Assembly: GCA_965153285.1 (NCBI GenBank)
Contig: OZ229110.1
Source: Podarcis tiliguerta
Lineage: Eukaryota
DNA length: 64,000 bases
Reading direction: 5' to 3' (one strand)
The notes below the pieces were generated by a model. The model did not search any database. It had not been told where the DNA came from and saw only the letters and a program-made list of their open reading frames with translations. Numbering within the stretch: position 1 is the stretch's first letter; every line of letters begins with the position of its first letter. The translations under genes and the position numbers were made by a program. Positions 49,671-63,013 of this stretch are shown here, one piece after another.

Positions 49671-52600
49671 CCTTGGACAGTTGATGCTGGAAGGAGGGAG
49701 TGGCAGAGAGATGTTGGAGGGCAGAGCTATATGGGCCGAGTAGTACATAACCTGGGTTCCATAAGCCAGCCCGAGGCCATCAGGTGCAGTGGAGGCAGCC
49801 CACATTGAAGTAAGACTCAACTGGCAGTCTGACCACCTTCTGTACACGGAATGACAGGAGGTGCCATCTTGTCCTTTGCCTAAGGTAGCAAAATGTCTTG
49901 GAGCAGCCTTGATGATTCAGAATCTGATGCAGAGTAAGTATCACAAAGCCATACTTGCCACTGATGTTTGTAAAGACAGAGGTAAATCTGAACTCTTCTG
50001 GCAGCCCTTAGAATATCACATTTTAGACATATCTTCTTATTATGCCTCTTTAGTAGCCATGTCAATAATCTTTGTGGTACATCTGAACTGCAGACAGGGG
50101 CATCAATGTTTGTGTGTGTGTGCACGTGTGCAGGTGCGCACACACACATTTTTTTAAATTAATGCCAAGGTTGCATTTGGGTGCCCTTATGCTACAAATG
50201 GGGATATTAACTCAGAGCATTATAGACAACTTCCCCCAGTTTAAGAGGGCGTTGTCATAACTGAACCCTTTGATACTCTAAAAAGTGACCTGGAGATGGA
50301 AGAAGATACCTTGGAAACAGGGCATTTCTTCAGATTGCCCAAGTTATAATCTGAAGGAGCCTACATAGGGCTGTTGAGAACTGTGAACTAATCTGGGGTA
50401 GATTGATTTGCTTGCTTTATTTTTTATTTTTTACAATAACTTGTTTGTTAAAACAATGCTGTTACACATCTGAATATATGAGGCCTTGGGTTAAGGATGC
50501 TCAGTTATGGAAGTTCATGGGCCTTAGCTATTTGAGGAAATGGACAGATCTCTACTGTAACTCCATAACCACACCTATTGCATGTGAAATTTGGACTCCC
50601 CTCCTTGTCACCATATGAACCCCACAACTTCTTTCTCCTCTGCAAGTCCTTGTCTAAGATGGAAGGGAGCATTCCTAGGGCCATTAAAAAATGATGTTCT
50701 TATAACTTATCATGATCTTCAGGTTACCATGTCAAATGATCTAAGCAACTGCAACAAATGAAGAAGAGACATCAGTCCTTGATTTTATGACAACAGTGTT
50801 TTCCAAGTCTGACTGGATTGACAGAACGTCATTTAGCCATTTGCAATCAAATCACCATGTCATCCAATAACTCAGCAATATAATGGGCTCAAAGAAACCA
50901 ATGAGCACATAAATAAATTTGTGTCTTAAAAAAATTATTCCAATTATTGTCCAGTTGAGCACAGCCTGTTTGGACATGCTGTCTGCTGCATTCAACAAAC
51001 ACAGCACTAGATTAAAGATTAGTAATAAAAAAATTAAATAAATTGCTACATTGTGTTCTGAAGAAACAGATGCTAAAAGAGATCAATCATTACCAGGAGA
51101 GCAAATCTTATCCAATTTTCATGGTACAAAAACAAAAATCAATTGGTTTCAGATTTATCAGAGTTGACATTTCTTCACAAATCACAAGATTATGCAGTAG
51201 GCATTCTGTTCCTAATAGAATTTGGAAATGTTAAAAATCCACAGTTTCCTAAATCCAAAGGTCCTATTATTTGCTAATCTGGACCCTGCAGAACCACTGA
51301 CCACAGAAACTGTTAAGTACACAGTATGAATGGATCAAAAGTTCAACACTGCACCAGTTAAGTGCAAGCTGCTTGAAACTTTGTGCTAGATTTCACTGAT
51401 TGCTATGTGAGACCTTGCCATCTTGAATGAAAATATGATTAGGAGGAAACACCATGATGACAATGTGTGGATGGTGGGTGGTGTGGGTGTGTATGGTAAG
51501 GCCAGAGGGGGGACATAACTGCGGAGTCAGGGCCAGTGGTCTCAGCCTTCCCTCTTCTTCCATGCAATGTATATTGCCTGGAGAATTGTTTCCAAGCATG
51601 ACTAAAAACCAAAACCCTTTCAAGCAAAATGCTATCCATTGATTGCTTATGATAATGCTAGCTCAAGATATTTTGCTATCTGAAGCAGAACCCTAATGGT
51701 GCCTTCCAGCAAGGGCAACACTTTTAAACGTCTCATGGCGTCACTCAGGAACCAAATCCTACCATTAACTATATCCCGTAGCTGCACCCCCCTCCGAAGT
51801 ACACCACTTTGCCTTGAGGCAAGGCAGCACTGATCCTTTGTAGAAGTCAACCCTGTTGTCCTGAAACCTTCTTTGGATGGACCTGCCTGTTGCATAACTA
51901 CATGTCCTTAACATTTTTCATCCATATGTCTATTTTGTCTGTCTGTAACTTTGCTCTTCCATTGTATTTCCCTCTTTTAGTTTTTTAAAAAACTCTTATT
52001 TTAAGAATTTTGCAGACTTCTAATAAAAATATATATTTTAAGTGACAGATGCTTTAAAAAAAGGGAAAAAAGAAAGGGATTGCTGTAGCTGTCCCGAATC
52101 CTTAATTCTGTACCATTAAAAACTGCTCTGAAATGTTTGTCAGTGATTTGATGGGAACTGGTGGTCTCAACCCTAAGAACTCACTTTCTTCTCCAACTTA
52201 ATTTTTGTCATCTCCAAGCAATCAGAACTGATGAGCAACAATCTACAGAAGGCCACACCAACTAAATCAGAGTAGCAGAGCTACTTTTTTTTGTATTTTC
52301 ATCATACGCCGGATAAAATCCTAGAAGCAGATCCTTTTCTCTTCTTTAACCTGTTGCTATAGAAACTTTTTATTCATCAAATATCTTGATTGGAAAGAAA
52401 ACATGCATGGGTGTTGAGTCAGTCAAAACCAATTTTTAGAAGCCAGGAATTTTTTGCGCCTGTGAGCATAAATATCATCAGGCTGAGAAAAACAAGGCAC
52501 CAAGCCAATTTGCTGCTTATTGTGAGGCTGAGAAAGACCTCCTCCTCCCTTCAAGAAGAAACTATGAAACTGTAAGGCATTCCTTCACAATTGCTAGGAG

Positions 52601-54032
52601 CAACTGTTGTGTTTGTAATCATTGCTGATGCTATAGTACCATCCTGCATGGAAAACGCACATTCTTTTTTTCCACAAGAAGTGGATTTAAAGAAAACCAA
52701 AACCACAGGCAAGAACACACATAACAAGACAAGAATAATACTTATTAAGAAAAGAATGGAGAACCAGATATTGCTGGACTACCAACTTCCATCATCCTTG
52801 ACCATTATCCATGCTGGTTGGGGCTGATTGAATTTGGAACTGTACATTTGGAAGTCCAGTTTCCCCATCACTGAATAAAGGGGAAATAAAATTCACTTAT
52901 AATAGTCCTTAGTATACACTGTAGGGCAGTTAGAATAGTGGCAAAATAGAAGTAAAACAGTCTGAGGAGTTGTTCACAAAATATTGAGAGTGTTTAGATG
53001 GGTAGATTATGCAGCCCAACTTAGATAGCACATATTTTTGGATACTACCATATCGCCAAGGAATAAGGAACATACTATACTAGCACACATTTTAATAAAA
53101 AATAAGTTAAAATAAGTGTCTTTGTGTGCTTGAGCTCAGGCACAGATTATCTCAGCAAAAAGATGACTGAAGACCCGGTTCTTTGCCATGCGAGTTTGCT
53201 GTGTGCTAGACCTGGCTTTTAAAATGCCATGTGTCCAGTTAGAAGTGATGAACAAGAACTGATCCAAAGCACAAATGTCTAACAATGGCAGTCTAGACAT
53301 ACAAGTGACCTATATTGCCTGGGGGTTAACGGCATGGATTCTGTAGCCAGAACCTACAAAGACTGGCTCCTGACTACATGGCTCGGTCATTTAAAAAAAT
53401 GTCAGGGGAAATAGGCAGCGCCACCTCAAAACAAATGAAAACTCTCAAAGAAGTGAACCTCACAAGTGCCCCCAAAATTGTGTAGCTTATTCATAGATTG
53501 TTCTCCCAAAGGGCAAAGAAACTCCTTCACAGGCGACAGTAAATAACTACTGTCCTTGATGAAGACTTGTACTTGAAACACATCCAGCATAATAACAGAA
53601 AGTTGCAGCGCTTTTGTAAATAAAATACACTATTTCTATGCTACTTTTGCCTGCCTCTTTTTTTCTTTTTCAATTTCTTTTAAATATTATCCCAGCTGTA
53701 TAGATGTAGTGCTTGGGGGTGAAAGCAGCTCCCATCTGGCAAGGATAACATTTGAATAGCCCCTGATTGTTAGGAGTGCTCCAGGAGCAATGATTGTAAT
53801 TAGTGTGTTAGATTCAAGAGAGAATCCTACTCACAGGCTGCAGGTAGATTGTTTTCCCTCATATTATATCAGCATCCCCAGGTGAGACTAAGGCTTGAAG
53901 ATGCAGGACTGACCAGCTTCTGCACTTGCTCCTTTCTACACTTGATGCAATATGGACTGCAGCCACTCAGAGAATCCACCTTGAGTTTTATAGTAGCCAT
54001 CAAAGCTTTTCTGCACTTGGAGAAGTTACTGG

Positions 54033-54173
54033 CAGTGGCGTAGCGTGGGGGGTGCAGGGTGGGCCGGCCGCACCGGGCGCAACATCTGGGGGTTAGGGGG
54101 CGCAAATCCACGGGTTAGGGGGCGCAAATTACTTGCCTTGCCCCGGGTGCTGACAACCCACGCTACGCCACTG
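54033..54173. mobile_element. Young GC-rich hAT MITE
   Basis: Perfect 17-bp TIR CAGTGGCGTAGCGTGGG; perfect 8-bp TSD GTTACTGG; CpGs retained. Confidence 0.92.
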
Positions 54174-56665
54174 GTTACTGGGGAGCTCATTAAAACTATA
54201 AAGAGGTTAAGAAACTATAAAGAGGTTAGACAAGTAAGATCTGTCTCAGATTTTACAGAAAAGTAAAGAAAAAAGACATACATGTCACCAAGAGCACCCA
54301 TGTAATGGCAACAGGTTATGCCTTTTATTCTCTGGAAGATGACTTCCTTCTTCAGATGTGGCAGATGAAGCATGAAAAGCAGATGTCCTAAGTCCTATTT
54401 GGCCTTTCTGCAAATGGCTTAGGTAAACACATGAAGAGGGGAGAGACTGCACAACCACACAAAAATCATTTCCCTGTTACTAAACAGCACCTCACCTACA
54501 ATGCAGGCATGGTGTTTACACCTGGCTGTTCCTCTGGTTTACTAGCAACAGAAAAACTGCACCTCCTCATTCAACCACCCAGCATTTAATATCAGCTTGC
54601 AAGTGCCATGCCTTTGTATTTTCATGCATTGTGTTATACTTGCTTTATCTCCTTGTTTGCCACTTTCCCATTGTTTTGTTGACAACTATTTTGGTAAATA
54701 ATACATGCTCTTATCCCAAATGCATTATCATCTGACATATTTCCATGAATGTCTCAAAATGCACTGTTTGCATGCTTACTACTGAATAAGAGCAGAGTAA
54801 GAGCAGAATACATAGAGCTGCAGCCCTGTGTATTAACAGAGAGTCATCCTTTCAAAAACAAACAAACAAAGAAACCACTGACATCAACAGGCTTAAGTTA
54901 ACCATGATTTCAATGGGATTTTCCCTCTGAGTGTGACTTAGCCTGATGCAACCCAAAGAGAGCTGTTGCAGAGTAGTGGCTAAGAGAAATTCTCTGGTTC
55001 AAACTTCACTTCTGCCATGAAATCACTAGGCAGACCTAAGCAAGCCATGTGCGCTCTCCCCTCCCCCTCCCTCAGTCTCTCCCCAACCTCCAACCTTTAA
55101 CAAGTTAGGCAGTAATACTAACTTGGTTTTTTGTTAGGATTGCACACTTTGAACATGTGGTCTAAGGGCCAATGTATCTCCTGGGGAATTTTCTGGGTGC
55201 TGCATTCAGTGGTGGGTGGAGCCAGAGGGGAGAGTGGGTGGCCTAGGGAGAGTTTTGAGAGCGAAAGAGCGAGCTAGTCCTGAAGGGCTACATTTGGAAC
55301 CTGGACCTGATGTTCCTTACTCCTAATTTAAATGTTAATTATCATTATTTACTTAGAAATAAACTCCACTTAATGTGTTGGGATGTAGCTCCAAGTAAGC
55401 ATGGGCAAGATCACAAATGCAAGTTCTTTGTCTACATTATGTCTATACAATACACATATATAGGCAGGGTTATAGGCAGTGGTACTTATAACTGCAAACA
55501 AAATCCTTTAAAGCATATGTGCATTATCTACAACTATTTAACTGCAAAACAATATGTGAGTCTTCAGCAGGTAGTGTGAGTCCTGAGCTTCATTTTTAGC
55601 ATAGAAAGACCCTAGGGTGAATACACTTAATAACTGTGAAGAAGCCCTTATTTTGTGATTTGTATTATAGTAGTGCCCAAAGGACCTTCCTGCATTGGTT
55701 CATCATGCACAAGCACACAATCTGTTCCCCTAAAGAATACCCTGGCTAAATTAAAACAAGCAGGGATGTGTGACAATTTATCATAATAAGAACTCTGCCA
55801 GAGTAATTTAATCATGCATTTTCATAAGCCAACGCCACAGACAATACATTACTTCCAAATGACTTTAAACGTATCAGCAACTTTCATGTGCCAGACAACC
55901 CGACTGTCATGATAGGCAGCTTAAAAAGTAAAATAAAAAGTTTGGTAGAACGAAGTTTGAAGTAGTTCCATTTTATGTATATAGGTTGGTAGCACTGATT
56001 TGGAAGCCACAGTCTGCACCAACTTCCTAATACAACCATCAGTGGTAAAACTGCATGATTTTCATATGGGTGTACACCTCACCCCTGATACCTCTGCGTA
56101 CTTGCAGAGGGGCAACAGCATGTGTAAAGGAGCCCATAATACATTAGAACAGAATGAGCACAGGCTTCCCCCCTGAGTACTCAGAGACCAAGCAAGTCCT
56201 TCAACTGCTGCATGAGTTCCTCCTTCATCTGCTCAAGCACACACCTGTGTAATGTACAGAGCTCTTCCAATAGTCAGCATAATGTCAAGGATTATTTTCA
56301 GCTACCTAATCTCTCTGCTCTCTGTTCAGTGGTAAAGAAAGTATGTGGAAAGTGATGAGAAAGACCCTTGCACAAGACTCTCGGAATGCAGCTGATAGTC
56401 AAAGAAAGCAATACTTGGCTGGACAAACAATGGTCTGACTTGGGATAAGACCGCTTAATAATTGCCAAGATTTGGGATCAAACCTGGAATAGGGCTGTAG
56501 GGACAGCAATATTAGATAGGTAAACAATGCAGTGTTGGGAGCCAGCTCTGCTACTCTGCTGCTCTGATACAACTGGAATTCTACTTCAGAAACACATTAG
56601 TAGGGCTTATATGGTTGGTAACCTCCATGTGATCTGCAGGTGAAGGCTGGTACACAAATTTAATA

Positions 56666-56668
<3 letters not shown>

Positions 56669-56708
<40 letters not shown>
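56669..56708. repeat. (TAA)n microsatellite
   Basis: Directly visible. Confidence 0.95.
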
Positions 56709-56709
<1 letters not shown>

Positions 56710-57935
56710 CCTTATGAGGACCTTTCCTACTTGCTCAAGTAGCAACTGACTGATATCTGAAGGCAGAGGACTTGTGATGAGGCCCAGAAAGTGGGATGAC
56801 AGAAGCATTGCATCCCATTGTCAATGTTAAGCGGCTCTTGATCTGCTCAGTGCCAAGATAGCAACACTTTTATTAGTCTCTCCCTGGTACCACACAAACT
56901 GGTCCCTTCACCTGCTCCAGTCACTCCTCTGTGATGGACCTAGTTCTAACAGCCCATAGATGAGAAGCCTGTGCTTGAATTTTACTCAGAGTGTAGTTAG
57001 GAGTTCAGATGATTGAATGTTTGTCTCCACATAAATGTCAGGGAGAAGGATAAGCCAGCACACCTTTCCTTGACATCTAGTTTTACATATAAAATATAAA
57101 AACTCAGCATAATGCATCCAAGATTTACATCTCCATCTGCTGTTTAAGTACTAGTCCACCCACAGTGATTAAGGAACTGCAGCAGACACCCTTGCCCAGA
57201 CAGTGACTCTGTGTCAGAGCTGAAGCAGGAATTCTGCAATCTTCTGCATCATCCATAATTATTACCTACCCACATTGGCCTGGATCATTAACCAATGGTG
57301 AAGAGTCTAAGGTGAAATAGCCTAAGATAGAAAAACTTATAAGTGCCTACCCCTGCAAGGAGTGATTAGAGTGAAACCCTCAAACTAAGTGACAGGAGCA
57401 GTTTTAAGGTCTTCACTTACATTTGGATGGCAAAAATTAGTATGCGATACAAGTGGCATGCACTGCACCACACTTGACGGCTGATTTTCAATTGTAGAAG
57501 GGATCTCAAGTTTTGTTTCTTTAAATCTGAGCTAATATTTATCTACAGTAGGTTTTCCAGATTTTCAGAAAACAATTCCTGAAAAAAAATAGCCACAGTG
57601 AAGAAACTTATTTGAGTGAAATATGTGCCTCTTTTTATATCAGTCATTAAAAAGGTGACAATAATATGCCATTGGTGCAACATGCAATTTTATAAACACA
57701 TTGAGCAATGATATCTTTTGTGCCTTTTAGCCTCCCTCTAGAAAGTCTACCAGTGATCACTTCTATAGGGGCATAATCAACCTTCTCCCCTCTCAGGCAC
57801 ATCCTGACTCATTCACATGGACACCAAAATCTCAAAATCTTGAATAAAATGTTCCTGACACAACACACATATTACATTACCACAAATCATGCATCCTGCA
57901 TAGGTGCCCTTGAATGGTTTTCATGCCCTCATTAC

Positions 57936-58258
57936 CATACCCTGCAAGTATCCCAGAAAAACAGGGACATCCTGTTTTTTCTCATGAGAGGATGACGGCC
58001 ATTTTGGGCATCATGATCTCGCACGATTTCGCACCACAACCCTCCCTCCCCCCAAAACTGTTTTTTTTCAGGGCTGCGAGCTCAGGCGGTGCCCCCCAAA
58101 CACATGTTTTTTAATGCTGTGCCCAAATAAATCACTTGGGGAAAAATAGGGTGTGAAATGGTGTGAGGTCACAATGCCCAAAATGGCTGCCACCCTCTTG
58201 TAAGAAAAAATTGGAAAATGGCATCCCGGTTTTTGTCTTTGATGTGTTGGAGGATATG
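57936..58258. mobile_element. Decayed MITE with long inverted arms
   Basis: Termini CATACC / GGATATG; arm ggccattttgggcatcatgatctcgcacgatttcgcacc pairs with ggtgtgaaatggtgtgaggtcacaatgcccaaaatggc. No TSD seen. Confidence 0.65.
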
Positions 58259-59410
58259 TACTAGGTCATAATTCCCCAGCAATTCTCTCTGTTACCAAAA
58301 GGCTAGGTCAGACACATACACACACACTTCTGGTTGCTCCTGCCTCTCACCAAGAATTCAGCCCAATCAGGGAGTCAAAATTACTAAGGGTTGCTGTCCT
58401 CGCCCTAGTGTCTCTCAAAGAGACTTCTTAAGGACAAATTCCTTTGGTATCAACCTACTTGTGGTGACCCTGGCAATAGCAGGCCTGCCACCTTAGGCAA
58501 CATTCCTTTTAAGCCCCTGTGGGGCTGATGGTAAAGTCAGACACAGTGTCTGCCATTGGCAATCAGTCTTGGCTGGCTCTTCCTGAAAACCAAGCAAATG
58601 AACCACTAATAGAGTGCGCTACTCACTTTTTGCCTGGGTAGATAGTTATAGGCTGTTACAGCCGGGTATGGAATCTAGGGGGCTATCAGTTAAACATTAT
58701 AGCTCACAAATTCATGATGGAACTCAAGCACAACTACCTTTGATAGTTTAATGGGTCAAATGAAATACATTTCGAGCACCTGTGTATATTTAGCACACAA
58801 GCATATTAAACTGTCCCATAAAAAATAGCTTCCATTAAATTTATAATAAGTACCATTACGCGGAATTAATTACACATCCAGGTTTGAAAATAAGAAACTA
58901 AGTTCCTTGATATTATCAAAATGGTAAAGGCTGCTCTCCAATGTTCGTGCTTTGCCAGAAATCAGCTCTTTAAAACGTTCAAGGAATAATCCACAAAGCA
59001 CTAGGGAGTTATGAAATGAATGGTGGTGACAGAGCAAGCTATGTGATTGATGCTGCCCAGAGGGTGCTATCTAGTGCACAATTAGATCCGTTTAAATCTC
59101 ATCAATGGAACCTTAAATATGCTAGATTGTACTCTTAGGGCTTCAGTCATGTTCAGAGTTATGTGTCCCTAGTTCCCATTGTAATCACTAGGACATTTGT
59201 GGCTGCAAGCAGCTGTAGGATGGCAGCTTCTTGCTGAAGCCCTTAACACACTGAGGGAAGACCAGCTGATCTCAGGTGAACATACTTGAATTCTGTGGAA
59301 CCCTGTGGAATGCAAATATTCAGCAGGACTGAGGACTCTTTTCCCTAATGTGCTTGCATTGCTCACACAAGGAGACTTTGAATTCAGGGACATGATTCCA
59401 CACCTACGTA

Positions 59411-59549
59411 ATAGCTCAGTTGGTAGAGCCTGAAACTTTTAATCTCAGAGTCGTGGGTTCATTCCCCACACTGGGCAAAAGATACCTGCTTTGCAGGGGG
59501 TTAGACTGGATGACATGTGTGGTCCCTTCCAATGCTACAATTCTATGAT
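59411..59549 (+). mobile_element. tRNA(Lys-like)-derived SINE with CR1-like tail
   Basis: atagctcagttggtagagc...gtcgtgggttcattccccacactgggcaaaagat...ggtcccttccaatgctacaattctatgat. Another partial copy lies at about 30728-30816. Confidence 0.82.
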
Positions 59550-62500
59550 GAGTGGTATAGGTAGTAGAGGGCATACTATGTGTCTTGCAGCAATTTTATA
59601 TTGACTCCCAATTTACAAATGTTTAGAAGTCAAATCCAACAGCAATAATATAAACAGGAAGGGGACGTAGATTAAAAGCTATGAAACCAGCAAAGCATAT
59701 TTAATGTCAAACTGTACCAATGTCAGAAATAAAAATTATTATATGGCAAATTAATTGAAGCAATTCACAGTTTGAGAACAACCATTGCATATATAAAATA
59801 TTAGATTCCTGATTCTAAAAATATAGAGTTAATTGCTCTCTTTGCTGTCTGCAATGAAAACAGAAATCATGTGGTTTTTTTGGTGTTGGTATATAGGCAA
59901 TTACTCATGTTGACCAACTTAGGTTCATTAGAAATCACTGGCATATATATCATCAGTTCATTTTATAAAATGCATTAAGTCGCATCTTGCAGAGGGCGCA
60001 TTGTGAGCTCAACCCCCCTCAGCTCACCCTATGCTGTGATGACATTGCAGGCGATTGTATCATGAAAAAGATAACAATATTCCAGTGTGAATCTGTAAGC
60101 TGTCAAAGTGTCAAAAGGTGGTGGAGGTTTTTTTGCCCTAAAACCTTTCACTGAAAAGGGAAAAGAATTCCCAAGGTACTAGTAGGAACAAAGATGCATG
60201 CCAGTCACTGGAATGCTAGGGAAGCATTTGATGCTTTCCAATCTGTGCAATAAATTATTTCATACGGAAACAGTCACTTAAATAAGTGGCATTCTAATGT
60301 GATAATCTGTTGTGCTTTTTTGTGCTTTTTTTCTGGCAATTCTATTTTGTTGCATTCTTATATCAGCACAGCAGTACTAAACCTACTAATGAGAGAGGAA
60401 GTTCTACTGATCTTCATGGCACTTACTTCTGAGTAAGCAGACAAAGGCTCAGAAGGTGCCGGTATGAGTTAACAAGACAACCCATCTATTTCTCACATGT
60501 GGGAGATGAAGTGCTAAACAGGAATCTTGACGGCACAACTTCAGGTTATAGGCAGATGACTCACATGGCTGAATGCTTCTCCCTACAAATAAAGATTTCT
60601 GGAGAGAATTTTAGACTGAAGTGTGACAGTCTAGGTACAGGTTATAGAGTAATATAAAGTCAAGTGAGAGCAGCTAACAAAACGACCCCTTTCCATGCCA
60701 GCATTGCCTCAGCCATTGGGAAACTGGTGTGGGAAGTAATCACTTTGGCACTGGGATTAGGCAAGCAGGAAACTAGGATGCCCATATGTACAACTTTACA
60801 GAGGACAACCCTTGATTTGAATAGCTGCCAGAAGGAATCCAGGCAGAGAAGCATGAGAAAAGTAGAGCAGGGGTTTTGAAGTTGTCCATCAACTATTAGT
60901 ACTTGGACAGCAGACAGAGCAGGCACACAGGTGCTGTGGTCAATTTGTGGCTCTCGATAGGAATGCACTTCAGCAATAGCACCCAAACGGTTCAATAGGC
61001 CTGAACAAAGATGTTCAGATCCACATGCACATTGGCTATCTGGGCAAAGCCCAATTTTCATACAGTAATCTCCCTTGCTGGATCAGGATGTTGATGGTTT
61101 CATGCAGCTATGGCATTTCCCAAATAACAATGTCCAAATTTTGCATTATAAGATGCAGGTGAGGGACCTGTGGCCCTCAAGATAATTTTGGATTACAGCT
61201 CCCATCAGCCATGTTGGCTTGGGTTGATGGCAAATGAGTCCTACACTGGTTCCCCATCCTGGTTATAGGACAGCCCCAGGTAACTACTGGGAAGACGAAT
61301 CAGTCCTCTTTATATAACAAATATGTCAATGTAATACATGGGTTATGCTATATCCTTCACTTGTTCTGCCTATTTGTTCTCTCACTCAATCACAATTAAA
61401 GAGGTAGGTGCATAGATTCCTTTTTTTTTTGGTAAATCATGCAAATGAAAGGTGCTCTTTTTGATAAGGAGAATATATTGAAGTGTTACAATTTCTTTCT
61501 TGTTTTTGCCTTTAGCAAAGGTAACCTGTTGTGATTTAGGCAAAGCACTGCAAGAAGTTTTAAAACAATCTGAAAAAATGTAAATAAATTAGATAATGAA
61601 ATGGAAATAGTGTACATTGAGCGAAAAGGTATAGCAACTCCTTTAAAAGGGAAAGGGGGGAAGGGGAATCTCCTGCCTCCATCACACACTACACTATATT
61701 GGAAACTGTATGGGAATGAACTGATGGTCTCTGGCAACACTGTCAATTTGACATGCCTAAATAAATTATGTGCATCAATAGAGACATCTCAAAGGTGTGT
61801 CTTCCTCTAGGACATCGTAGATACCAATAAATGACAATTCAAACACTGAAAGAACAAGTCTATACACTTTTGTTAAAGTGACATACAAAAAAATAACAAA
61901 ATACTGTTAATTGTTTAAGGGTCCTGTACTCCTCCATAATAATATCATTTCTTACACCTCATGGAACATCCAGTTTTGTGTCTTTGAGCTATGGTGCTAA
62001 CCTCTTTTGTGTGAGGATTACTAAAAGTTTTAATTAACTGAATTTAATATGAGGTTGATTGGAAGTGTTAATTGAAGAAACAGTTTTCACCGACCTTAGA
62101 CCATGTAATTGCAAAAGAACTTTTACTTGTTATTCCCATTAATACCATCTGCCCAAATCTCTATTTTGTGATATCTACTCAAGCTCATTTAACAGTTTAT
62201 TACAAAATCCACATAGGTTATTGATTATAGCATTATGGCCAAGGTATTTCAAGCTAATGCAGCACCTGCTGGGTGAATACAATTATGTTTCAGGAGGCCA
62301 TAACAGTGGCCTCCTTGGTCCTCCATCAGTATAGCTATCTGGGACAGAACAGAAGAGATTTCAGAAGATTTGGGATTTGCTTAATTAAGGCTCATGTTTT
62401 CTCATTAAAATAAGCACACTAAGGGAACACATTTTAAGATACTCTGCTACAATGATTTACACTTGAGTCCAATATGACATTAAATTAGATAACTAGCATA

Positions 62501-62672
62501 ATGTGAATTAATAGGTGCTAATCTAGGTCAGTGGCAGTGTGCATGCATCTGGCCCTAGCTTCAGACCCTGCCATCTCCACTTAAATGACTGCAACTTGTG
62601 AAAGGTCTTAGCCAGAAAGACTGGAGAGCTGAACTAGTGAACCAACCATTTGATTCATTATAAGGCAGCTTC

Positions 62673-63013
62673 TTGAGAGTCCCATGGACTGCAAGAAGAT
62701 CAAATCTATCCATTCTTAAGGAAATCAGCCCTGAGTGCTCACTGGAAGGACAGATCCTGAAGCTGAGGCTCCAATACTTTGGCCACCTCATGAGAAGAGA
62801 AGACTCCCTGGAAAAGGCCCTGATGTTGGGAAAGATGGAGGGCACAAGGAGAAGGGGACAACAGAGGACGAGATGGTTGGACAGTGTTATCGAAGCTACC
62901 AGCATGAGTTTGACCAAACTGCGGGAGGCAGTGGAAGACAGGAGTGCCTGGCGTGCTCTGGTCCAGGGGGTCACGAAGAGTCAGACACGACTAAACAACT
63001 AAACAACAACAAC
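62673..63013 (+). mobile_element. 5'-truncated BovB/RTE LINE: ORF C-terminus plus (CAA)n tail
   Basis: Translates as LRVPWTARRSNLSILKEISPECSLEGQILKLRLQYFGHLMRREDSLEKALMLGKMEGTRRRGQQRTRWLD..., the typical BovB C-terminus. 11-bp TSD AAGGCAGCTTC at 62662-62672 and 63014-63024. Confidence 0.93.

Noticed and set aside
49314-49847. Longest ORF in the track (177 aa)
   Set aside because: Overlaps a GC-rich non-autonomous hAT element; no recognisable domain or transposase motif.
54088-54122. TTAGGG telomere-like hexamers
   Set aside because: Only two non-tandem copies, both part of the MITE's internal direct repeat.
62561-62974. 137-aa minus-strand ORF
   Set aside because: It is the antisense frame of the BovB fragment.
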